A stretch of DNA of 64,000 nucleotides from Schmidtea polychroa (Eukaryota): NCBI GenBank assembly GCA_044892525.1, contig CM097885.1, positions 236,036,001 through 236,100,000 on the forward strand, written 5' to 3'. This document shows, piece by piece, positions 13,516 to 26,431 of the stretch (positions within the stretch are counted from its first letter, which is position 1; every line of letters starts with the position of its first letter). A model generated the notes under the pieces. The model saw only the letters and a program-made list of their open reading frames with translations. It was not told where the DNA came from and made no database searches. The position numbers and the translations under genes were made by a program.

Positions 13516-14014
13516 GTATAAGGCAGAACATGTCGAACGGTTTAATCGTACATTGAGAGATAAACTGAAAAAGTATTTTGTACATTAAGGAAATAAAACA
13601 TGGATACATGTTTTACCAAAGCTAAATCATTCATATAACCATTCAACGCATCGTGGTTTAAATGGATTAAGACCTGTTGATGTTTCAATTGATAATCGAG
13701 TAAAGTTGTGGTTATCTCGTTAATTTCCAAAACCAAAGAAAGCAAGGTATAAAATTGGAGATTATGTAAGGATTTCAAAAATTAGTGCCTCTCCATTTAT
13801 TAAAAACTTTGATAGCAATTGGATCGATGAGGTTTTTCAAATTTCAAAGATTAATACCAAACAGTGTCCTGTAATTGCAAGTTATTCCACGTCCTACAAC
13901 GTTTAGAATACAGAAAATTCTAAAGACAAGTGAAAAAGGGAAACATAAACAATATTATATCAAGTGGCACGGATATCAAAACCCCACTTTGATATTGGAA
14001 TCTCAGTTTAAATG
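13516..14014 (+). pseudogene. Polinton/Maverick retroviral-like integrase, 3' half with chromodomain-like tail (disrupted)
   Basis: Manual translation: KAEHVERFNRTLRDKLKKYF..KTWIHVLPKLNHSYNHSTHRGL..RPVDV; YKIGDYVRISK..NWIDEVFQI; QYYIKWHGY. Stops and frameshifts present. Confidence 0.88.
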
Positions 14015-15022
14015 AATAAAAATAATTTTTACATGATTTTACCTAGCAATAGCTCTCCTTTAATCCATCCAAATAACAATGCTAGTAAATTTATTGTCGA
14101 ACTTTAAAATCCAATCTATTTAAATGGTAGTTTGGAAGTGTTCTTGTTGGATTTTACATTTGTATACAATCTCTTTCCATTTTACAGCAATTCCAAGATT
14201 GAATATACCAAGATGGAATCAGTATCAGAAATTGTTAAAGTGAAGATAATTCAAGGCAGCTATGAAATGATCAATCAAACAAATAAAAAATGTGATAATA
14301 TATGTTGAAGATAGATATTTATATTTTCAATGTTTGAAGCGACCATTTCAATTTTTATTTGAAACCTTAACTGATGCAAAACGTCTAGGATTTACTCTAT
14401 TGGGTAACACTTTTGATGAAACGGTGAAATTTGATCTTAATGCTCTTCACAAAACCGATGCTCTATTCAAATTTCAACTCTTGTATAACAAAGCATTTGA
14501 GCATGTCTATACATTTCAAGATGATTAGTATATTACAGATCTCAATCAATTACAAGTTTATTTAACAAAACATTGTGCAAATATTTTCGCTATTGTTGAA
14601 TTAGACAAATATTTTAAATTTCAAATGAATCCGACTGTTGGCCAAATGACATTTGACTCTGATTTGGTAAAGACATTAGGATTATCAATAGAAACGTTTA
14701 TACAACTTATACAACGTTTATACAACGTTTATATAACTTAAAAGTTAACGAAGGAACATCGAAACCAAAAATAATTAAACTTCATCAAAAAATGTTCATT
14801 TATAGTTCATTTAAATGTTCAACAAATATGTATATATCTATATTTGTTGGTGATGTTAGTGTTCCTCTATTGAAATCAGTATGGATTGAAAAACATGAGC
14901 AGGATGATGTATCTGATTCAACATCATGTATAAACAATATAAAAATTAATATAAGTGATGATAGAGGAAAATTGATAAAATTTCCAAAAAATTCAAAACC
15001 TCATTTTTCGAAAGGTGAATGA
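14012..15022 (+). pseudogene. Polinton minor capsid (penton-like) protein, disrupted
   Basis: N-terminus MNKNNFYMILPSNSSPLIHPNNNASKFIVEL*NPIYLNGSLEV and C-terminus IFVGDVSVPLLKSV..INNIKINISDDRGKLIKF match the family pattern. Located directly after the integrase. Confidence 0.78.
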
Positions 15023-15390
15023 CTAATCGTGATATTGTATCGCTTTATAGTGGTAGTCAAAATGGTGGAGAATTACCATATTTTATTGGTAAACAATATG
15101 AATCCGGATGGTTGCAAACAATTGGAAGGTTTGCACTTACCATACTTAAAAAGATTAGTTCTTTTCGCATGAAAACAGCAAAGGATGTGATAATGAAAGA
15201 TCAAAAAATTCTTCCAACATTGAAAAGACATGCAATGGATGTAATTGGGAAATTGATACCTGGTGTAGCAAAAAGTTCCAAACCAAATGAAACTAAGAAA
15301 CTTTCACCACCACCACCACCACCAATACTAAAACTAACACCACAACAAATTCTGAATAAACGACGAAGATCGGTTATAAACAAAAGATAG
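15019..15390 (+). CDS. Polinton small basic virion-core-like protein with Q-x-G-G / G-x-G motifs
   Basis: SQNGGELPYFIGKQYESGWLQTIGRFAL, then a Lys/Arg/Pro-rich tail. Lies between the minor and major capsid genes. Confidence 0.6.
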   Translation: MTNRDIVSLYSGSQNGGELPYFIGKQYESGWLQTIGRFALTILKKISSFRMKTAKDVIMKDQKILPTLKRHAMDVIGKLIPGVAKSSKPNETKKLSPPPPPPILKLTPQQILNKRRRSVINKR

Positions 15391-15415
15391 AAAGGTCGTA
15401 GAACAATATTTCAAA

Positions 15416-16066
15416 ATGATAATGTCCCGAAAAACTGAATTGTGTATTTTTGATCGTCCATCTCCACAAGTAGTCATTGAAAATTGAGTATTTGAAGATG
15501 TATTTCCCATGAATTCAATTACTTTATTGAATGATACTCTATTATCAATTCAATTGAAAGTTTTTGATAAAGACAAGAAAGATCTGGCAGATGGTGTAGA
15601 TGTAGTACCGAGTAACTTCATGTTTCATAGTCTATTTAAATATGTTATAATTGGTTTTAATAATATCAAAGTCGAGAGTGGCAACCATACATATGCACAC
15701 AAAGCTTTAATTGAAACGATTTTAAACTATAATGGGGATACAAACATATACCCAAGATTTTGACAACGATAATTATGCTAGACATATATGCAGTCTATAA
15801 TACGAAATATGGGTTATTTAGACAAAAAATTGAATTGTGGAATCGACATTGTAGATTTTAAGAAGAAATACCCCTTCTTTACATTCATTTTAGCTCCTGA
15901 CTTCGATTAGAATCAAAGTCAATTACCACAGAATGGTAATTTGAGACTTGATATTAAATTCACCAAGGATCTAACATCTCTTGCATACGTAATTATTTAT
16001 GGAGTATTTGAGAGCGAAATTCAAATTTCAGCTAATCGAACAATTTTAGTTGATGAAATAGTTTAA
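15416..16066 (+). pseudogene. Polinton major capsid protein (double jelly-roll), large internal deletion
   Basis: N-terminus KTELCIFDRPSPQVVIE..VFPMNSI; NFMFHSLFK..YAHKALIETILNY; C-terminus GNLRLDIKF..VIIYGVFESEIQISANRTILVD. Only ~650 bp remain. Confidence 0.82.
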
Positions 16067-16068
16067 AT

Positions 16069-16453
16069 ATGGAGTAAGTTTGTTTTATTATAAATGATTT
16101 ACTTGATTATTTCTGTTCAGCTTAACCGAATTGCAACAAATCTATTTAGAGACAAGTTTTTGGGAGTTTATCCATTAGATAAAATCCCTTTTCTTGACAA
16201 ATACAATGCTATATTAGTCAATACTGAATCCTCAAGTCTAGGTGACGAACATTGGCTAGCAGTCTATGTGAAACCGGAAAAGATGTATGTGTTTGACCCC
16301 ATGGGTTATTACTATCCATCTCTGCTAGTGTCAAAATTATCAAAATTATCAAAACCTATTGTCTACAACAAAATTAGACATCAAGAACCATTAACAGTTA
16401 CATGTGGACAATACTGTATTGATTGGTTATGCTTGATATTTAATAAATGTTAG
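16069..16453 (+). CDS. Polinton adenain-like cysteine maturation protease (possible 47-nt intron at 16074-16120)
   Basis: FLGVYPLDKIP..ILVNT..EHWLAVYV..VFDPMG..Q..TCGQYC supplies the His-Asp-Gln-Cys catalytic set. Confidence 0.88.
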
Positions 16454-16630
16454 TTAATGATTTTTAGTTCTTATTTACAAAACAAAAACAAACTAAAATG
16501 ACACATTTTCTATACAAGTTTTATTATATAACATTGACAAGCTTTATTATGTACAGAATATTCACAATTAGTCAAGTCAAATAAATGTTTTTCGAGATCA
16601 CAATACCATATATCATGGAAATTTATTATC

Positions 16631-16930
16631 TTAACATTCCTCAGAAATTGTTATGTAATAATGTCCGTATGCGAAACTCTGATTCTTACCCACCCAAACC
16701 CTCTTGTCATCATTTTTTGTAAGTGCTGTTTTTGTTGTTTTAAATGTTAAAAGTTGATGATTGTTTGATCCAATGTGTTTCTGATAAACCTTTGGAATTA
16801 TTATTCCGTTGTAACAATCAATGTAAGACGGATGACTTATTTCTGTATTTTATAATCTAATTCCTTTTGCTTTCATGTTTTTTAAGTATGTGTTGAATTC
16901 AGAATAAACATACATTTTATTTTTGATTTC
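16631..16930 (-). pseudogene. C-terminal remnant of protein-primed DNA polymerase B (pPolB)
   Basis: Minus-strand manual translation: KNKMYVY..KAKGI..HIGSNNHQLLTFKTTKTALTKNDDKRVWVGKNQSFAYGHY. Convergent with the protease gene. Confidence 0.75.
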
Positions 16931-17129
16931 TTTCTTTTTTTCTTTTTTTTTTTGAAGAATTGCTATAGTGTTTTATTTTAATTCATTCAAAGGTACATAA
17001 AAAAGCTCAGTAAAATTAACACCTACTGATACGAAATGTACAATATAATGTACATTCTCTAAAGCCGTTATTTAAAAAAAAATTAAATTATTTTTTTATT
17101 ATTTTGCATAATTTGAGTCCCCTTACTAG

Positions 17130-19623
17130 GTTTGATGGTCTAGATAATTAATTTACCCACAGAATTAATTCCCGAATGAAAGGGTTAAGAGATTGTTTAA
17201 TAGAAAATGATCCTTAGCAATTAATTTTGAAAGACTTCCCAAAAAATGAGTCTGGACGTAAATTTTCTGATAATTATTATTATCGAACTTTATCAAACGG
17301 GGAAAAAATTTGCAGGAGTTATTTGCTTTATTCGAAAACTCAAAACTCAAAATACTACACAACTTACTAGTGGTTGTAATGATTGGCAACACTTAAGCCA
17401 CATATTAAAAGTTCACGAAACTAGGGTTGGGCACATAAAAAACAGTTCAAAATATAGCGAATTGAGAATGTCACTAAAAAAAATTGTACAATTGATGCAA
17501 TGCAACAACGACTCTACGAAACCGAAAAAAAATATTGGCTATCGGTCGTGGAACGAATTATTCATATAATGCAGTATTTATCAAGACAATGCTTGGCATT
17601 TAGAGGTTCATCTAAAAATCTTTTTCAAAACGACAACAGAAACTTTTTGAAATTAATAGAAACCATAGCTAAATTCGATCCAATAATGTCTGAACATTTA
17701 TATCGCGTTCAAACGTTTGAGAAAAAAAACAGTCATTAGTCATTATTTAGGTGATCAGATTCAAAATGAAATAATTAGCATTATAAGTGATGCTATTAAG
17801 AAAAAGATTCTAGAAATGCTCCACTCTTCAAAATATTATTCAATCATTCTTGATACAACACCAGACATAAGCCATACTGAACAGTTAACCATTGTCATAA
17901 GATTTGTTTATCACAATAAATCGAGAAATGTTGCAGAAATTCGTGAGCATTTTTTAGGATTCCAAAGTGTAACTGACACAACCGGTGTAGGTTTATTCGA
18001 GTTCATCATTAACCATTTGAAATTAATGAACATTAATATATCAGATTTACGCGGACAGTCGTACGATAACGGAGCTAATATGCGTGGGAGACATAATGGA
18101 CTTCGACAAAAAATTCTTGAAATAAATTCATGAGCTTCTTTCGTTCCATGCGCTGCTCATTCATTAAATTTAGTAGTGAACGATGCAGCTAAAATTTCGT
18201 TTGAGACGGTAAATTTTTTTAGAGTGATTCAAGAACTATATAATTATTTTTCAATTAGTGTGAAAAGGTGGGATGTATTAAAAAAATACGTTAAAAACTT
18301 TACCCTAAAACAACTTTCTGCAACTAGATGGGAAAGTCGGATAGAAGCCCTGAAACCTCTGAAAATGTATATGTCAGAAATTTATCAAGCTCTATTAGAT
18401 ATCACTAATGACCACACAAAAGACATGGATTCTAGAGCTCAAGCAAATAATATAATTTCAAAAATTTGTTCTTTTAAATTTTTGTGATCCGTCTCAATTT
18501 GGAATGATATATTGAATCTTGTCAATATTGTCAGCAAAATAATGCAAAAGCCCACAATCGATTTAAAATTAGTAACAGAAAATCTTAATTCAATTTTGAA
18601 CAACTTAAAAAGTCTTAGAACTGATGATAAATTTGAAGAACTTGTGACGTCTGCAATGGCTAAAGCTAGAGAACTTGATATTGAGCCTGATTTCCCTGAA
18701 ACTCGAAAGCGAAAAAAAGGAAGTTATTCGATTACGAAGCATCAAATGATACAGTGAAGGATGCAAAACATGATTTTAAAATTAACTTCTACACCACTAT
18801 ATCATCAATTTCAGAATGATTTCAACAATTGCAAAAACACAACGAAGATTTTAAAATAATACACAACATCAACCAACTAAAACAATGGGATAATGAGGAT
18901 TTATTGAAACACTGCAAAGATTTGCATATAAAATTAACCGACGGTGCAAACTTAAACGATGAAGATATTGATGGTATAGCTCTAAACGAAGAATTAAAAA
19001 CCATTCAATTTTTTATAAAATCTGACTTGTCTCCTCACGAGGTTTTAAATTACATTTATAAAAATGCATTAAATGAGATCTTCCCGAATATAACTATTGT
19101 ATTACGCATTTTTTAACATTACCTGTGTCTGTTGCTTCGGGAGAAAGAAGTTTCTCTAAGTTAAAACTAATTAAAAACTATTTACGGTCTACCATGAAAG
19201 AAGAACGATTAACGGACTTATCCATAATATCTATAGAAAGCGATATTTTGGATTCCATAGATATTAACGATCTCATAAAAAACTTTGTAGCTGCTAAAGC
19301 TAGAAGAGTAAATATGTAAAAAGTATTTTGATTTTTGAATGATGAATAATTATAAAGTAATCTAATTCTTAATATATGTTTGAGACAAGCAAATTTTATT
19401 GATTGCTTAGATTTAGTATTATATATTGTATGTATATAACCCATGCCTGTATATTATCGTATTATATAAGCTGTAATTATTTTTTAAAATAAAAGTATTC
19501 ATTGGAAATATTCTAATGATTAAATTCATAACAAGTCATAGTTTTTGACATGGGGTTCAGTTCAGGGAAGGGCGCTGAAAAAAATCTGGCACAAAGGCGC
19601 CTCTTACCCACGCGGCGGCCCTG
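17130..19623 (+). mobile_element. Decayed hAT DNA transposon (ZMYM1-like transposase), 5' end not found
   Basis: ORF chain 17246-19319: LAFRG, YYSIILDTTPDISH.EQ, RGQSYDNGANM.G, PCAAHSLNL, TRWESR, SVASGERSFSKLKLIKNYLRSTM. 3' TIR ...GGCGGCCCTG ends at 19623. Confidence 0.92.
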
Positions 19624-20713
19624 ATCCTGAGAAATATCTGAAAATCTAAAGAAAGTTTATATTCTAAATTATTTTATAATTAAATTTTACGATGTATTTT
19701 CTTCTTTTTCTCTGAAGCTCAAGGTAGAGCTGTCGGATTCTAAATTCAAAGTATTTTTCTGCATAAATTTTTAATAATTTCAAAATAATTATATTTTAAC
19801 AATATGTTAATGGTTACTAATTTCGGAACAAAAAACGCTATAATAAATTTGCATGCATTTTTCATTGTGTTTTGTGTTGGTATGTTCAATTATTTTTCTG
19901 TTACCTCAATTCTTATAATAAAGTTATTAAATTTCGGAATAAATTTCTATACAGAAGTTTGTGTGTTCCTATACTATAAATTTATTGATTGTAGATAGTG
20001 TATGTAGAGAAATTTTATAATATAATTTTGAGTTATAAACAGTAAACTAAAATCTTGCAAAAGAGCAATTTGTATATTCGCTCTCAAATACAAACACGTC
20101 CACACGTACTATGTCTTATGCTGGTAGTTTTCCTATCTTTATGTTTGCTGGCTAATTTTTTCAATTGTAGATTAAAATAATCCTAAATATTTGACGGCAC
20201 ACAGTTTGGCAGACACTGAATTAGAGCAATGAGTTTGCTTTAAGACTTAAAGGTTAAAGTTACACATTGCTTGAAAACATGGTATTATTGGTGTTAATGG
20301 CAATCTCAAATCAAAAATTTCAAAAATCTCCGTAGAACACACTTTGCAAATTACTGCACTAAGTCATTCACATTTTTGTTTCTCAACATCTAAATCAATC
20401 ATAATTTTCTCAAAATCATTTTTATGAAAAATCACTGAAAGTAACAATGCTAATCAAGGGTATGTTGTTCCAGAATTCTATGAAACAAAAGTGAGAAAAA
20501 TAAAACAATAGAGAAACTGTATCCTAACCCAAGGGAATGTGTTCCAAGTAGAAATCAAAAACAACACAATAATTTGTAAGTGTCATTAGATGGCAGACTA
20601 TTAAAGTGAAACACAAATTGGATTAAGTGACACAATTTTTAAAAGTAAAAGACGGACAAAAAACATTAACAGATTTGAGAAGTAATTTAAAATAAATTTA
20701 TTAATTGTGAGTA

Positions 20714-20928
20714 CCGTATTTTAGCGCATATAACGCGCACGTTATACGCATTTTTACTAACCGTGCACCCCCATGCGCGGTATCTGTGGGTGCGCGCTTT
20801 ATGATTTATATTTTACACGTGGCGGCATTGCCAGTGGAAATATTTTTATGATGTGACAGTAACCCTACCATCGGTTTTATTGTTTATTGTAATCAGATAC
20901 CGTGCGCGTTATATGCGCTAAAATACGG
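20714..20928. mobile_element. Tc1/mariner-superfamily MITE (CCGTA termini, TA TSD)
   Basis: TA|CCGTATTTTAGCGCATATAACGCGCACG ... CGTGCGCGTTATATGCGCTAAAATACGG|TA, a perfect 28-bp TIR. Confidence 0.9.
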
Positions 20929-21159
20929 TAATTTCAAGTTAAAGGCAGAAAAGCAACTAGATCTATTCTAATGATAGTTGAAACCAGAAGCAGAATAATT
21001 TGTTCCGTTAAAACGGGATATCAATTGGGTTGATCAATAAAAGTTTATATTGTTTGGAATTCGTACAAAATACTGATTGACAAGACTAGATTCTCACAAG
21101 TAGTTACAGGAATGTCGAAACAAATTTCCCGAAGCTTGTTATAGAGTATGAAGACGTGT

Positions 21160-21445
21160 TCCCAATTTCATCTCAGAGGTGTACGATGGAATTAAGGTCA
21201 GGAATATGTGATAACCATTTTAACAGAATTACATTCTCATCTATATCTCGATAAATAAATCCATCGATATGTCAGTGATTTTTGGCAGTGCTTTTGAAGG
21301 ACATTTCTGCCTATATGCTTCATAGTAAATTTGTCCTATTTCCAATTTGGAGCTCTAAATCTCGAAATTAAACTTTGTTTCGTTCGAACTAAGAACACTA
21401 GACCATTGTTCAGCAGTCCAATCAATGTGTTCACAAACAAACAGC
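21160..21445 (-). pseudogene. Tc1-like transposase remnant
   Basis: Minus strand: EHIDWTAEQWSSVLSSNETKFN (cf. W..V.FSDE.KF) and a DLNSIVHL segment (cf. SPDLNPIEHLW). Confidence 0.6.
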
Positions 21446-21731
21446 CAAATATAAATACCGAAAATGAACCATAACTCTCATACCGAAATATATATAATTT
21501 TATACTGACACTAGAAAACTATGTAGGTGAATTACCAATACAGCAATAATCCATACCCAAATATAGTCAAATACCATGCATTTTATTAGATCCCTCATAT
21601 AATTACGTAATTAATAACAAACCTATAAGCATAATCGTATTTATTGAAGTTGTTTAGTAACTGATGGCTTTCTTATATTTACATAATAAAAATTTGATAA
21701 TTTAAAATGATAAACATTTTCCTATATTTAC

Positions 21732-22168
21732 CATAGTTCGATAATACATTCCGAAATTCAATCGTAAATTTAAATGATACCAGTTTAAAAACTCCTCAAC
21801 TCTGGCGTTAACCCGACTTTCGTTTGGAATCCAAGAACTTTGAGGTTGGTATTTATTTAGAGAATATTTCATAATGGCAACACTAAATATGATTAAAAAT
21901 TGATTGAATTCTAATGATTGTTTTTTACCTTTCAGATAGTTGAAATCCGTCATCATCAATTGTCGGAATACTTTGAAGATAATTCTTTTTATTACCTCTT
22001 ACAATTTGGTCCTCTAAATTACGATTTCTTTCATATCAATATAAGAAGCGACAAACTTTTATTTTGATTGACAAGATGCGCATCAAATGGTATCCCAGCG
22101 CATTTAAATAGTAAATAGCACGCTCTGGCTGGTTGAGAAATATATTCGAAATATAATTTCAATGGCAT
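21732..22168 (-). CDS. Glutathione S-transferase, theta-like; first three exons (22168-22057, 22013-21929, 21882-21732)
   Basis: Spliced product MPLKLYFEYISQPARACYLLFKCAGIPF..IPTIDDDGFQLSESVAIMKY..W.P...NARVEEFLNWYHLNLR, with GT-AG introns of 43 and 46 nt. Downstream exons were not located. Confidence 0.85.
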
Positions 22169-24394
22169 CGTGAGGTATTTTCAAACAAAAATTGAAATAT
22201 ACTATGAAATATTTTATGTTAATAATGCATTTAAACTAAAATCTATTATTTTATTGGTTTTATAATTATTTTTACCTTGATAAAATAACTACAATGAAAA
22301 ATTAAATTTAAGATAAATTCAATGAAACTAAGTAATACAAAATTTCATCTATAAGATAATTGAAAAATCTTTGAAAATATTAGCTTTAAGCCAAAGTAGT
22401 ATAGGCTTTTTTTGAAATTAAGAACATTTATTATTTTACAATTTAAAATTTAATTTTATATGTTTGTGGTGGGTTGCAGTAATCTTTTTATTTTACCATA
22501 TCGTGTTGTTACGAACACGACCTAGGACATTCGCTGAGTGTAAGTTACTGATTCAGATTTTAATGGGAAGCTTGCCATTATTTCGTCATATTTAATAAAA
22601 TGAAAGTATTTGTTTTCCGTGAGTTGTTAGATCGTTTTCGCGGAATTCAACCTCACTTGACACTGCCTAGTCCAAGATCTTAGTTGACTTAAACGCCCAA
22701 TCATCAAATTGTTGTCACTTACATCGTCTAAAATGTATTACTTTAATTTAAAGAACTACGCTATTCTGGAATTCGTAAGTTTATATTTTACCGCTTGTAA
22801 ACTTAGAAATTTTGTGTAGATTGATCCTATATGCGCATATTGCAGTGGTTGATTTTATCCGATTTCATCGTCGTTATTTTATTATAATGAGACTGTTGTA
22901 GATCCTATATCTTGGATGTTATTTAAACGAGTATTTGTCGAGATTTTAAGCCAGTTAAATAAGTTAACAAAAAATTATAATTTTTTGAGTTCTCTAAAGT
23001 TTAGTGTCGTTTGATCAAGCTAAATCTTATCTAATTGTCTTTGTTTTATCAGGAATTTGCAAAAATTGAACGATAATCTGACCCAAAAACTCTTAAAGGC
23101 GCTAGTCCCCAATTTTATTAAAACTTTTCCGGGAATAATCAAATATAGCAAATGCTTGCCTAATTCACTCATCTTCAGTTTCGTTTTTCTTAAGTCTTAT
23201 CAAGAATTTGAGTCGCTCCGTAGTTTATTTTCTCGCCATCGATAGCCCACTGGGCATTAGCATTACAAGCTCTTAGTGTCCTATGAATTCTCTGAGTTTT
23301 AATGATGATTTTAACGTTTAATTCACTTTCATATTTAACAAATATTTGTGCAAAATTTTATACATAAAAGTTCTTTATCTCAATAGTTTGTTAGAGTTTT
23401 ACACAAGATTTCAAATATTCAAGTAACCTCACAAATTTGATTAATTTATGACCAAAATGTGCTTCTTTATATACCATGATTTTTTGTGTGCGAGTATGTG
23501 TGCATGTTTTGATGCAGTTAAATAAATTTGAATTATTTGCAGTGAATAAACGCATCTATAATATAAAGAAATCAATGTGTGTATATTATATAAACATACA
23601 AACTTACCTGTGTGTTGATTTTTATCGTTGCAATGAATAAACGCATTTAATATAGTGAGAAAGTGGTAGAAAAAATAAACTGACACACACAAACACAACA
23701 CATAGTAAAAAATGCACGCAAACTTTTGATATATATATAAAATCATTGTAATGAATAAACGCATTATAATAAATCATTTACAGAAATTTTTTAAATTTTT
23801 TAGAAAAAAATGACAGAAAAAGTTTTAACGAAAATTCCGAAAACTCAACATTGAGTTTTATAGATAATGAAGACATTATTTCGTAAGATTTATCTTAAAT
23901 TTTGAATAAATTTCATAGTTTTTTAGTAGTTTTCATATTGCTCTGAAATTTCAACTTTGCCGTCCGATGTTGGGAAAAAACTAGAAAATCGTAAATTTTA
24001 TTAACCTAAATTTAAAACTTAATATTTCTATAGAATTTCATAACTTGACAAGATCCGGTTAGTCAATGGAATGGAAAATGGAGAAGATTTTTATAATTTC
24101 GGGGATTTTTAGGAATTCGCAAAGAATCAACCAGAAATTTAATTTACAAATATAAAAAATTTCGAGAAATATCCACAGTAAGACGAGGTGGCAGCAATCA
24201 TAAAATTTCCGAAATACAGTGAAGTCAATTACCAGATTATTTGGAAGAAAACCTCTATGCATCACTTCAAGAAATGTGCAATTACATGATGCAACAAAAT
24301 TTTATTGCTTCAAAAACAACAATTGGCAGATTTTTGAAGAATAAATACTTAAATAAACACGGTAAAGATTTTATTAATAAAAATCGCCATTCGT

Positions 24395-24475
24395 ACATCT
24401 TTTTCACTATATATTTCGATAGCATCACTATCATCATCAAGTTACCTACATTCACGACGGATGAATAACTATAAT
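24395..24475 (-). ncRNA. Penelope-derived fragment with a degenerate hammerhead ribozyme core
   Basis: Minus strand: AAC-TTGATGA-T-GATAG-TGATG-CTATC-GAAA-TATATA. Homologous to 47150-47220. Confidence 0.45.
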
Positions 24476-26088
24476 ATATTTAGTTCATGCTGTGATTTAT
24501 GTATTGTTTTTAAAATGTGTCTGTTTGTGCTACTTGGGGCGTTTTCACAAATTAATTTATTTATGTTTTAATTTTTATGTAAGTTTCTGTTTATTTAGTG
24601 TTTAACTGATGTGTTTTTTCATTATTATTTTAACTTAACTTTATTTGTTATTAATGCTATATTACGCGTTCTATTTCCAGTCTTCCTACGTATCATAATT
24701 ATTTCTTTGCACCATTGCACATGTATGATTTTAAAAAATTTATTGGATGTGCTCATGAGTCTACCTTCCCAAACCCCTCCTCTGAGCCCCTGGCCCACCA
24801 CCATCTTCAGATTTCTCTGATTTGGCCCTTGACTAAATCTAATTGAATAGACATTCCTCACTCGCAACAGCGAAACTTCAAAAGATCTTGTTGATGATCT
24901 TTTCGCAAGAAATGAAATATTACGCTCTTTTGATGTGATAATGAAGGTCATCATAATAATCACCACAGAGTTTTAACATTAAAATAAAATTGTTGAAATG
25001 AATAACATTTATCCTTATAAAAGAAATACATAAAATTTTGAAAGCTTTTTAATTTTTAGGATTAAATATTCTTGTCACCATGGAGCAAATTTTCAATGAA
25101 AGGGACTAATATGACCTACAGTGTTATATTCAAAAGATTCAGTGGCCAGGGCAAAAGCCTATTTTTTTCTATGGCAAGACAATTGAGAAAGGAACTAACG
25201 TCATAAGATGACGCGGTCCTTAAATATAATGCTAATTATTAAGTTTTTTCTTTGATATTCCATTTATTTTCATTATGACAAAAAATCAAAAAATCAAATC
25301 TTCAGCTTTGAATTTATCAACTGTTAAAAAAGCCGAAAATTTGTATTGCATAGAAAATTATTAAAATATCAAATTTAATAAAATGCATATCAATTAATTA
25401 CAGAATTCTATTACAGAGAAATTATTATTATATAATTAATCCAGACGGAAAATTTAATATTTTGCAATGCCTTTAATTTTATTGACAACATAACATTTTT
25501 ATTTCAATGTTGTTGAAAATTGGCTTTACAGTCAAATAATGCCCAATTTGCCCAATTTAACCTTTTCCTTCATTTAAAACTGCTATACTAAATTAAATAT
25601 TAGAAATTAATTTTAAATAAATTTAACTGATTGAATTAAAATTTTTCTAATAGTCATGGTAACGGTAACTAATTTTGAGAATTGTATGGTTTGAAATGGG
25701 AAATGTTTATATTATATTATTATCATTTATTTTATGTTATCAAATTTAGGTCTACTCAATAAGAAAGGACAAACCCAACCTAGAGTTCGAATATATCATT
25801 TGCTTATTAAAACAAAAAATTAAAATACAAAAGAACAAAGTCTTAAAAATAATTTTATATAAAAAATCTGAAATATTCTACTAGAATATAAAAATAATTT
25901 AGACAACTAAAATTCATTAAGATTTCAAATATATAAAATTGTAAAAATAAATCAAATTTTCAAATTATCGAAGCCTTTTGTTTTATTTATTTATAAAACT
26001 ACAGCGCCAGTGAAGGTGAAATAAAATAATCATTAGCTATTTAAAGATAGAGATAATATCATATAAATAAAATATAAAATAATGATCA

Positions 26089-26431
26089 TCAAAGAGATTT
26101 GTATGCCAATATAATCTTGTGAAACGATATGAACACTCCACGGTTTTTTCGACTAAATGATATTTTAAAATAAAATATGAAAAAATGGAGAAAAAAGTTT
26201 CACCATTGGAAATAACGGTGGCCCTCAAATAAACCATCATGTTTTCCAGCTTCCTCGCCCAATTCTAAACCCACACAAACTTCGGACCGACCCGGTAAAT
26301 GACCAATAAAACAAACTGTTCCTGTTGCCATTTTACCTCCGGGACGAACAAATTTTACTACATCATCTAAATGTAAATCCTTAGCAACTTTTGGTGTAAA
26401 TGAATATTCGTATCTGGGAGGAAATGTGTAA
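26089..26431 (-). CDS. Last two exons of a CAP-Gly domain protein (26431-26204, 26152-26089)
   Basis: GTVCFIGHLPGRSEVCVGLELGEEAGKHDGLFEGHRYFQC|RKNRGVFISFHKII with a 51-nt GT-AG intron. A candidate upstream exon lies near 26747-26800. Confidence 0.88.

Noticed and set aside
22504..23340. Possible solo LTR (TGTT...AACA)
   Set aside because: No matching TSD and no second copy in the window.
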